Shown here piece after piece: positions 16,061 through 23,637 of a stretch of 64,000 nt of DNA (position 1 is its first letter; each line of letters begins with the position of its first letter). Both the position numbers and the translations under genes were made by a program. The DNA is from a virus. The stretch lies in IMG/VR virus record IMGVR_UViG_3300027759_000048, one strand, 5' to 3'. The notes below the pieces were generated by a model that ran no database searches, had not been told where the DNA came from, and worked only from the letters and a program-made list of their open reading frames with translations.

Positions 16061-17743
16061 ATGGCGCAGTTTAGAAAAGATACCCAACAGTTTCTCAACC
16101 AAGAGAAAACTATATTTGAAGTCAATATGCTATCCACTCCTGATGGTCAAGTTGTCAGCAATACTAATCCTCTACCCGTTACATTAGGTAATACCACGAT
16201 ACAGATTACATCTAATAATGTCAATGTGACTGTTCCTAATACTATCTCTGTAAATTCTTCAACCAGTGATCCTCTACACGTTCATATTACTGAGATCGGG
16301 ACAAGTGGTAATCTACAGTTTTCTTACATGCCTATTGGTGGTAACGTAGGTGTAACCGGTACAGTAAACATTGGTAATCCACTTACAGCTAATGTTACCG
16401 GTAATGTTAGAATCTTCCAAAGCACAGGTGCTGCTATCAATACAGCAAATCCTCTACCAGTCACCGCTGCTATTACAGGCACAGTAACCTCAACTCCAGT
16501 TGCCGGTGCTGTTGATGCTTTTGGTAGAATGAGAGTATCAGAAGGGTTTACGCTTGGTGACTATAAGCACACATACGGTCTTGATCCAAACTTTATTGAT
16601 GAATTAGGTCCCGGTGCTAATGTCATCCACCTATCTAATCAAGCAGCAGCCAGATTATCAACAAACAATAGTCCAACAAGTTATGCTATTCACCAGACAA
16701 AACAATATCACAACTATATGCCTGGTAAAAGTCAGCTAATCAAATCAACAATCAATTTCTATAATGCTACTGCTAACGTAACAAAGAGAACCGGTTACTT
16801 TGATGCTAACAATGGTATCTACTTTGAGCAAGCAGGCAATAGCACATTAAGTATGGTTATTAGATCGGACACAAGTGGTACAATAGTCGAGCGCAGAGTA
16901 CCACAAGCACAATGGAATATGGATACTTGTAATACATCTATCACTGGTACTGTAACAGGTAACGTTGGTAGTTTTAATATGGATATCAGCAATACACAAA
17001 TCTTCTGGACCGACTTTCAATGGCTTGGTGTTGGTCGTGTAAGAACAGGTTTCGTATATAATGGTAATCTAATTGTAGCACATGAGTTCTATAACAGCAA
17101 TTTCTTACCAACCGTTTATATGAGTAATCCTAATCTACCAGTTCGCTGTGAGATTAGAAACACTGGTGCCACCACTGGTGCTTACTTTGACCAAATTTGT
17201 TCTACTGTTATTTCAGAAGGTGGATATATTGAGAGTGGTATTGACTGGGCTATTACAACAGGTAGTGCGGCACGATCAGTAACAACAGCAAGCGGTAACT
17301 ATCCTCTTATAGCAATTCGTCTAAAGAATAACTTTAGAACATATCCAAACAGAGTTACCGTTCGTATGGGCAATATAAATGTGTATGCTGAAAACTATCC
17401 AGCATATTGGAAACTTATTAAGTTAGCCAATACTGCTGGACTAACGCTTGCTAACACAACATGGATTAGTGCTGATACCAACTCAGCAGTTGAGTATAAT
17501 CTAACAGGAACTGCTATGGTGGGTGGTGATGAGATGGAGAATGGTATTGTTGGCACAAGCAGTCCTGGTGGTTCTGGCAAAGGAACTGGCACATCACCTA
17601 TCAATAATCCAAGTAATGCGAAGAAAAACTTTATTACTCAAAACATCGCATCATCCAACTCCGAAATATATGTAGTTGCTATTCAAGCGATTGGCGGAAC
17701 ATCCGATGTATGGGCAGGCATTCAATGGAGAGAGATTTACTAA
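16061..17743 (+). CDS. Putative virion structural protein, paralog of the 58297-61239 protein
   Basis: DAFGRMRVS, QTKQY.NYMPGK, GYFDANNGIYFE, FQWLGVG, NLPVRCEI, QWRE motifs shared with the 58297 ORF. Confidence 0.7.
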   Translation: MAQFRKDTQQFLNQEKTIFEVNMLSTPDGQVVSNTNPLPVTLGNTTIQITSNNVNVTVPNTISVNSSTSDPLHVHITEIGTSGNLQFSYMPIGGNVGVTGTVNIGNPLTANVTGNVRIFQSTGAAINTANPLPVTAAITGTVTSTPVAGAVDAFGRMRVSEGFTLGDYKHTYGLDPNFIDELGPGANVIHLSNQAAARLSTNNSPTSYAIHQTKQYHNYMPGKSQLIKSTINFYNATANVTKRTGYFDANNGIYFEQAGNSTLSMVIRSDTSGTIVERRVPQAQWNMDTCNTSITGTVTGNVGSFNMDISNTQIFWTDFQWLGVGRVRTGFVYNGNLIVAHEFYNSNFLPTVYMSNPNLPVRCEIRNTGATTGAYFDQICSTVISEGGYIESGIDWAITTGSAARSVTTASGNYPLIAIRLKNNFRTYPNRVTVRMGNINVYAENYPAYWKLIKLANTAGLTLANTTWISADTNSAVEYNLTGTAMVGGDEMENGIVGTSSPGGSGKGTGTSPINNPSNAKKNFITQNIASSNSEIYVVAIQAIGGTSDVWAGIQWREIY

Positions 17744-17744
17744 C

Positions 17745-18287
17745 ATGCTATCATTTTTTCAATATCTTCAAGAAAAAGAACTAGAAGAAGGTAATCCTTT
17801 GGCTAGGGTTCATAAGCACGAAAAAGAAGGTCGTGCTTCCGCCGGAATTACAGCTTGGCGCTCACATTTGTCTGATACGGAAAACAAACAAAGAATGAAA
17901 TCTTTTGATTCCGATCTACGTTCCAAAGGATATGGATTCCGCAAAACTGAAGGAAAGTGGTTAGATAAAGGCGAACAGTCTCGCTATGTGGCCGCTAAAG
18001 GAACAAATAAGAAAGATACAAAAGCATTCCGCAGAGATATGGAAGAGTTAGGTAAGAAATACGATCAAGATTCCGTAGCCCTTCGCTCAAAGAGGAAAAC
18101 TATCATCAAAGGAACAAATCAATCCAATGATCCTGGTATGGGTAGGGTTGCCAACGTCGGTAAAACCAGATATAATAATCCAGAATCGCCTGCTCAAACG
18201 GAATTCAATCCAAGGAAACCTGTGAGTATGCGGCCGTCATTTACGACAGGTAAAGGTATAGATCATCAGAATCCTAATCGCAAATAA
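17745..18287 (+). CDS. Basic protein, possible internal head protein
   Basis: N-terminus MLSFFQYLQE..LEEG resembles prohead-protease-processed proteins; LGKKYDQDSV motif. Confidence 0.5.
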   Translation: MLSFFQYLQEKELEEGNPLARVHKHEKEGRASAGITAWRSHLSDTENKQRMKSFDSDLRSKGYGFRKTEGKWLDKGEQSRYVAAKGTNKKDTKAFRRDMEELGKKYDQDSVALRSKRKTIIKGTNQSNDPGMGRVANVGKTRYNNPESPAQTEFNPRKPVSMRPSFTTGKGIDHQNPNRK

Positions 18288-18301
18288 AATGGAGTATCAT
18301 T

Positions 18302-18565
18302 ATGAATTGGGGTGTGAAAACAAAGCATTACTATGCCGAGCGGCTAAGTCGGACTCCGGCATTTCAAGAGTTTCTATCCAGTAACATCTTGGAAGTTACT
18401 AATGAAGAGTATCATTCACTATCAAGACAGTGTATTGAATATCTTCAAGGTGAGATAAATGAAAGTGTTCCGAGTAGTCACAATAGTTATGTTGCTTGGC
18501 TATCTACTTGGGACAGATGTTTTGATCACGCAGCTAAAACTGCTGGTATAATTATAAAGGAATAA
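18302..18565 (+). CDS. Hypothetical protein
   Basis: SD GGAG. Confidence 0.6.
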   Translation: MNWGVKTKHYYAERLSRTPAFQEFLSSNILEVTNEEYHSLSRQCIEYLQGEINESVPSSHNSYVAWLSTWDRCFDHAAKTAGIIIKE

Positions 18566-18568
18566 AGT

Positions 18569-18865
18569 ATGTCAGGACCTGTGGAAAATAGTATAAACGT
18601 TCTAATCAAAGAGTTGAAAGACAACCGCAAAGTGGATAAGGATGAAGCCCTTGAATACGTCGGTTATGTCTTTCGGCTAATCACTCAAAACAACATACCG
18701 CTTGATCAGCGTCATGGTGCCTCTCTCACCGTTGATGACTGTCTCAAGAAAGTTCGTGGTGGTAATTTTCGTCGTGCTGAAGGTTTCTTCGGCAACTGGG
18801 CTAATCAGTTAGACAAGAAAGGTGAAGGTATCGAAGATTTCGATGACCACTATAATGGCTGTTGA
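18569..18865 (+). CDS. Hypothetical protein
   Basis: SD AAGGA. Confidence 0.6.
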   Translation: MSGPVENSINVLIKELKDNRKVDKDEALEYVGYVFRLITQNNIPLDQRHGASLTVDDCLKKVRGGNFRRAEGFFGNWANQLDKKGEGIEDFDDHYNGC

Positions 18866-19542
18866 AAACCTTTAATCATCTAAACCAAGACCACTATCTG
18901 ATAAATCTAAAGAGAGAAGAATATAATGGCAAGCGATACTACATCTCACCAAACGGAAAAAAGTTACCGTCCGTCACAACTTTTTTATCCCACTTCAAAG
19001 GCGACTCCATTGCCAAATGGAGGGCTAAAGTGGGGGAAGAAGAAGCGAATAAGATATCAGGACGAGCAAGTAGAAGAGGTACAAAATTTCATTCGCTTAT
19101 GGAATCTTATCTCTCAAATCAGGAGCGGAGCAGTTTTTTAGACGAAAATGTGATGCCAGATATGCATCATGCGTTTCGCCAATTTGTACCCATCGTTGAT
19201 AGGATTGACAATGTTCACTATTTGGAAACTATGCTCTATAGCGAAACTCTCGGTCTCGCAGGTCAAGTTGATTGTATTGCCGAGTTTGACGGTGTACCTT
19301 CTGTTATTGACTTTAAGACATCTTTGAGAACCAAGAGAGAAGAGTGGATCCTAAACTACTTTGAACAATGTACCTGTTACTCTTTGATGTATGAAGAGAT
19401 GACAGGTATCAAGGCAAAGCAGATTGTGGTACTGATATCAGTTGATAACGAAGATCCTCAGGTCTTTGTGAAACAACGTAGTGAGTATATACCTGAGTTA
19501 GTCAATAAGATTAAACAATTTAGATTGGAGCATCCGTTATGA
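18862..19542 (+). CDS. PD-(D/E)xK exonuclease (exonuclease A/Cas4-like family of T4-like phages)
   Basis: LPSVTT, RGTKFH, AGQVDCIAE...VIDFKTS, Q..CY. Confidence 0.85.
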   Translation: MKTFNHLNQDHYLINLKREEYNGKRYYISPNGKKLPSVTTFLSHFKGDSIAKWRAKVGEEEANKISGRASRRGTKFHSLMESYLSNQERSSFLDENVMPDMHHAFRQFVPIVDRIDNVHYLETMLYSETLGLAGQVDCIAEFDGVPSVIDFKTSLRTKREEWILNYFEQCTCYSLMYEEMTGIKAKQIVVLISVDNEDPQVFVKQRSEYIPELVNKIKQFRLEHPL

Positions 19543-19658
19543 GAAAAGTATATCTCGCTATTGCCATGGTGTTTCTTTGTCTGGGTTTGTCTGGATGTGT
19601 GGTGGCGACCGTCGGTGAGTGCATTATACGGGACACGACTAGTAGGCCATGCAACTAA
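19539..19658 (+). CDS. Small lipoprotein (39 aa)
   Basis: MRKVYLAIAMVFLCLGLSG-CVVATVGECIIRDTTSRPCN, lipobox LSGC; SD GGAG, ATGA overlap; not in ORF track. Confidence 0.7.
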   Translation: MRKVYLAIAMVFLCLGLSGCVVATVGECIIRDTTSRPCN

Positions 19659-19721
19659 TAACTCCAAAGACCATCGTGGTGTTGGCGCACCATTACTAGA
19701 GGAGTTTGAGAACCAGATACC

Positions 19722-21230
19722 ATGACAAAGATAATCACAAGAGATTGGATCCGAGATGACATTGTGATCCATGCTGATGTCAGAAAAGCAGATGTTTTGG
19801 TTAACACATATACTAAACAAGACCTCTGCGAGTTTATCAATTACTGGAAACTCAAACTTCTATCGCATGGTGCTAAACGTGGTGATAAGATTGGCACATG
19901 TATCATGCCATCTGACATTCATTCAACTGCTATCAAGTTTGCTGCCTTTGAACTTGGTATGAGTATGGTCGTTCTACACAGACCAAACAACGAGAAAGAA
20001 TGCCAGAGTCCTAAGAGCAATTGTCATTTGCCTCTAGACTTTATGATCTTCTTTACATCTTATCTGGCTAGTCCTATTCTTTCTACTGCTATGAAACATT
20101 ACCAAAAGAACTCCAAGGTTGTTTTGGGTTATGGTCCAATTGAATGGGAGACACAGAGAAAGAAGTTTAGATCAACTGAAGAAACACCAATACTAGCACA
20201 GCCAGGTGATATTGCTCTATTGTGTAATAGTAGCGGCACAACTGGCACTCCGAAACTAATAGCACACTCGCACGAATACCTGTATAATCTCTCTAGTAAT
20301 AACGGGCAAGAACTGGGCTATGAACCAGATGACCATTATCTTCATTTGTCCTCACTTAATCACGGAGCGACATTATCACTTGTTCTACCGTCTTTTAGAA
20401 TATGTAAGAACCACTATTTCTATAACAGCATTTCTGGTAAAGGTAAGTTGCCTGGTGACCAGCAATATGATGAGTATGAAAGATTTGTCAATGATTGTGT
20501 CAAGCATGGTATAACAAGAATATTCTGTACCCATGGCGGTGTGCTAGATGAAATCATTAATCATATGGCTAATCGTGATATCAAACTGCCTAACACAAGT
20601 GTAATGATACTTTCATTCATCAGTCCTGAATGGTGTAAGGCAATCAAAGAAGGCAGTCTGAAAAGTATCTATAGTCCATTTGGTTGTAGTGAGGTATGTG
20701 GTCCAGTGTTTATGATGTGGCTCAACTCTGATAATGTGGATAACTTTAATCCAAAGTATCTCGGCAAGCCAACTGTTGATAGTTTCTATAAGACTAGAAT
20801 AGCTGATGGACGTATCTACACAGCCACGCCATACACAGATGAGATTTGTTTTGATGATATTGTTGATGAGAAGCCAGATGGCTATTACTTTGTCGGTAAG
20901 AATAGATTACAAAAGATAAACGATATTGATATCAATCCACTGGACATCATTGAGATAGTGGAGAAGTATACCACAAGATATCAGTTTGAGATATACATTG
21001 ATGAGGTATATAATCAGTTGTATGTTCTTACCTCTGATGTTGTAGCATATGAACAAAGAAGCCATATCAAGGAAGAGATAGACACATTCTATCATGGAAA
21101 TGTTACTCTTGCCGATGTTATACTTGAGCCAGAACTATATGATGCCACTATCAGCAACAAAGCAGATAAGGACAAGTTAGCTGGTATGGTTGAACGATTC
21201 CGCTTGACAAACAAAAATAATGCTGTATAA
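19722..21230 (+). CDS. AMP-binding (ANL superfamily) adenylating enzyme, acyl-CoA ligase-like
   Basis: A3 NSSGTTGTPK, A5-like PFGCSE, A7-like FDD, A8-like FVGK...INPLDI, A10-like TISNKAD. Confidence 0.8.
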   Translation: MTKIITRDWIRDDIVIHADVRKADVLVNTYTKQDLCEFINYWKLKLLSHGAKRGDKIGTCIMPSDIHSTAIKFAAFELGMSMVVLHRPNNEKECQSPKSNCHLPLDFMIFFTSYLASPILSTAMKHYQKNSKVVLGYGPIEWETQRKKFRSTEETPILAQPGDIALLCNSSGTTGTPKLIAHSHEYLYNLSSNNGQELGYEPDDHYLHLSSLNHGATLSLVLPSFRICKNHYFYNSISGKGKLPGDQQYDEYERFVNDCVKHGITRIFCTHGGVLDEIINHMANRDIKLPNTSVMILSFISPEWCKAIKEGSLKSIYSPFGCSEVCGPVFMMWLNSDNVDNFNPKYLGKPTVDSFYKTRIADGRIYTATPYTDEICFDDIVDEKPDGYYFVGKNRLQKINDIDINPLDIIEIVEKYTTRYQFEIYIDEVYNQLYVLTSDVVAYEQRSHIKEEIDTFYHGNVTLADVILEPELYDATISNKADKDKLAGMVERFRLTNKNNAV

Positions 21231-21236
21231 TAAATA
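21204..21236 (+). promoter_or_regulatory. tmRNA promoter: TTGACA-N16-TATAAT overlapped by a late-type TAAATA
   Basis: TTGACA 21204, TATAAT 21226, ATAAATA immediately after. Confidence 0.7.
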
Positions 21237-21237
21237 C

Positions 21238-21530
21238 TATGCTGAGGTCGTTGAGAGGAACGGCATAGACGTTACGGACGGCGGTTCGATTCCGCCCGCC
21301 TCCACCATAGTAACATCGGACACGGTTCAATTCCGTAATAAGTCCTATAATAGTCTTTAGGCACCCGATGTTACTATGATGGGGGCGACCAGGGTTTCGA
21401 CGGGCGTAGTAAGGGTTCAAGGAGACCGAAAGCAAACGTTAGGTGCTAACGATAACTTTGCATCATTTGATCTTGCTCTAGCAGCATAATCATTGGGTGG
21501 GCCACCAGCCTAGAAACAGAAGTGGTGGCA
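21238..21530 (+). ncRNA. ssrA: Circularly permuted (two-piece) tmRNA, alphaproteobacterial type; tag ANDNFASFDLALAA
   Basis: T-arm GGCGG-TTCGATT-CCGCC and CGCCTCC-A-CCA (to 21307) come before the 5' strand GGGGGCG (21381), giving a G3.U70 pair; tag frame 21445-21489; terminal hairpin GCCACCA/TGGTGGC. Confidence 0.93.
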
Positions 21531-21552
21531 ATTTTACATTATGAGGAACAAA

Positions 21553-21777
21553 ATGAACGCCGACGATATGCAAAAGTTTAGTCTAGCCATTGAGGAGCTA
21601 GTCTATATGAAAGACATTCCATACATTGACGCTGTTATTATGTATTGTGAGGAGACTGGCTTTGAGCTAGAGACGGCTGCCAAGCTAATCTCTGGTGTTC
21701 TCAAATCAAAGATCAAGCTAGAAGCTGAAGACCTACACTATCTAAAGAGATCAAACACCGCACAACTACCTTTCTAA
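21553..21777 (+). CDS. 33: Late transcription coactivator gp33
   Basis: FSLAIEELV...YIDAVIMYCEE...LISGVLKSKIKLEA..LHYL; synteny 33-59-32. Confidence 0.85.
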   Translation: MNADDMQKFSLAIEELVYMKDIPYIDAVIMYCEETGFELETAAKLISGVLKSKIKLEAEDLHYLKRSNTAQLPF

Positions 21778-22370
21778 TGAAACACTTTTCAGGTTATGGT
21801 GCTTACTTGCTATTCTTAGCATTGAAGACCCATTTCACTAAGTCAGGCTATGACTTCTTCCAAATGCATGGTAAACTCCGTGCAACTAAGGAGTCCTATC
21901 AAAAAAGGAATGATAAGTTCTTCTTTGAGAAGCTGGCTAAAGAGTATAACGCTACCGAGTTGCGTGATTTCTATATTGCTAATCTACTTGAAGAGAAACA
22001 ATACATAACGGATCTAATAGATGAAACAGCAAAGCGAACATACACTGATTATCTGCGACGGCGACAGAGTTTGTCGTATAACTATACCAATGACTTGGCT
22101 AGAACTTTTAGAAAGGGCTTTCGAGAGCCGTTCATTGTCAGTGATAATGCCTACCCTAGTATTGTATTGCTTTTCTTGCGTCGGGAAATCAGTCTAGAAA
22201 CGATGGTCATTGTTGATGACTTTCTGGGCTACACTGGCAAGTTTGATAAGTATTATGGCGAAGATATCATTTGGTGTAAGGTGTCTAAAAAGATAAGTAA
22301 GTATAGACCGTTTCTACAGTATGATAAGGCGAAGATGAAAAGCATACTTAAAAACGAGATGACTAAATAG
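21777..22370 (+). CDS. 59: Helicase loader gp59
   Basis: LALKTHFT..YDFF...GK, KRNDKFFFEKL, ISLET, KYRPFL. Confidence 0.88.
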   Translation: MKHFSGYGAYLLFLALKTHFTKSGYDFFQMHGKLRATKESYQKRNDKFFFEKLAKEYNATELRDFYIANLLEEKQYITDLIDETAKRTYTDYLRRRQSLSYNYTNDLARTFRKGFREPFIVSDNAYPSIVLLFLRREISLETMVIVDDFLGYTGKFDKYYGEDIIWCKVSKKISKYRPFLQYDKAKMKSILKNEMTK

Positions 22371-22400
22371 GTCATCATATATCTTTTACAGGAGAAAGGT

Positions 22401-22577
22401 ATGACAAGAGAAGACTTAATCGATTCAATGGAAATCATTATCAAAGAACATAACGTGGAAAAAGCGGCAGAGTATATCTACCGTCTATGGATGGATCACA
22501 ATAACTATGAACTTAAAAAGGGTAAAGTTACACATATTACCCTCGGTCTTGATATCTCAGAAAAGGTACCAAGATAG
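22401..22577 (+). CDS. Hypothetical protein (58 aa)
   Basis: SD AGGAG; late-type CTAAATA at 22363; not in ORF track. Confidence 0.6.
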   Translation: MTREDLIDSMEIIIKEHNVEKAAEYIYRLWMDHNNYELKKGKVTHITLGLDISEKVPR

Positions 22578-22579
22578 AC

Positions 22580-22608
22580 TTGACAGAGGCTTCGGTCTCT
22601 GTTATAAT
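22580..22608 (+). promoter_or_regulatory. Gene 32 promoter TTGACA-N17-TATAAT whose spacer is a C(UUCG)G hairpin
   Basis: GACAGAGGC-TTCG-GTCTCTGTT lies between and over the hexamers. Confidence 0.7.
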
Positions 22609-22670
22609 ACTACTTTATATGATGATACTGTGGATACTACGAAAATACATCGAACATACGGAGAAATAAT

Positions 22671-23600
22671 ATGAACTTTGCTAACCTCAAGAAACAATCT
22701 AAAGACTTCAGTGGCCTTCTCAAGAAGGTTGATGAACTCAACAAACCCACCTATGATAGAGACGCATCTACAGATAACTATTGGAAGCCAACGCCTGATA
22801 AGGCTGGTAATGCTCTAGCAGTTATTCGTTTCCTTCCTGGCTCTGCCGTTGATGGTGACGATGCTCTACCATGGATTCAGTATTGGGATCATGGGTTCCA
22901 GAACAAGTTGAGCGGTAAGTGGTATATTGAAAAGTCACTCACCACTATTGGTCAGAAAGATCCTGTTTCTGAATATAACTCTACACTATGGAATGCTTCG
23001 GCTGATGATAACTCACCAGAACGCAAGCAGGCCCGTGATCAAAAGCGCCGCCTTCATTATGTGTCAAACATTCAGGTTATTAGTGATCCTAAGAACCCAT
23101 CAAATGAAGGTAAAATCTTTCTATTCAAGTATGGTAAGAAAATCTTTGATAAGCTAACAAAGATGATGAACCCAGACCTTGAGTCGGAGAAGGCAGTTAA
23201 TCCTTTCGATCTTTGGCAGGGTGCTAACTTTAAGTTGAAGATGACCCGTCAGTCTGGTTTTCCAAACTATGATGAGTCAACATTCCTTGCACCAGGTCCG
23301 CTATCAGAAGATGAGGCAGAACTTGAAAAGATTTGGAAGGCTGAGTATTCTCTCAAAGAGATTATCGATCCAAAGAACTTTAAGTCTTATGATCAGCTAA
23401 AGGCTCGTCTCAATGATGTTCTTGGCTTTGGTGATAGTGCTCCACGTGCTACAGCTAAACCAGTAGTAACAGAAGATGATGATGTTCCTTTTACCGAGTC
23501 AAAGCCTGTTGCTAAGAAGGCAGCACCTAAGGCTCCAGTTGTAGAAGATGATGATGAAGACTTGGCTATGTTCCGAGAACTAGCCGATCTTGATGACTAA
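22671..23600 (+). CDS. 32: Single-stranded DNA-binding protein gp32
   Basis: AVIRFLP, WYIEKSLTTIGQKDPV, KYGKKIFDK, NPFDLWQGANFKLK, acidic tail. Confidence 0.96.
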   Translation: MNFANLKKQSKDFSGLLKKVDELNKPTYDRDASTDNYWKPTPDKAGNALAVIRFLPGSAVDGDDALPWIQYWDHGFQNKLSGKWYIEKSLTTIGQKDPVSEYNSTLWNASADDNSPERKQARDQKRRLHYVSNIQVISDPKNPSNEGKIFLFKYGKKIFDKLTKMMNPDLESEKAVNPFDLWQGANFKLKMTRQSGFPNYDESTFLAPGPLSEDEAELEKIWKAEYSLKEIIDPKNFKSYDQLKARLNDVLGFGDSAPRATAKPVVTEDDDVPFTESKPVAKKAAPKAPVVEDDDEDLAMFRELADLDD

Positions 23601-23608
23601 GAAAATTG

Positions 23609-23637
23609 GAGGGAGAGCAATCTCCCTCTTTTTTTTT
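23609..23637 (+). terminator. Intrinsic terminator between convergent operons
   Basis: GAGGGAGA-GCAA-TCTCCCTC followed by T9. Confidence 0.9.

Noticed and set aside
18862-19542. Cas4-like nuclease as sign of a CRISPR system
   Set aside because: Ordinary T4-like exonuclease; no Fe-S cysteine set, array or other cas genes
21151-21435. 94-aa minus-strand ORF
   Set aside because: Antisense to the tmRNA, which fully explains the sequence; no SD or recognisable motif
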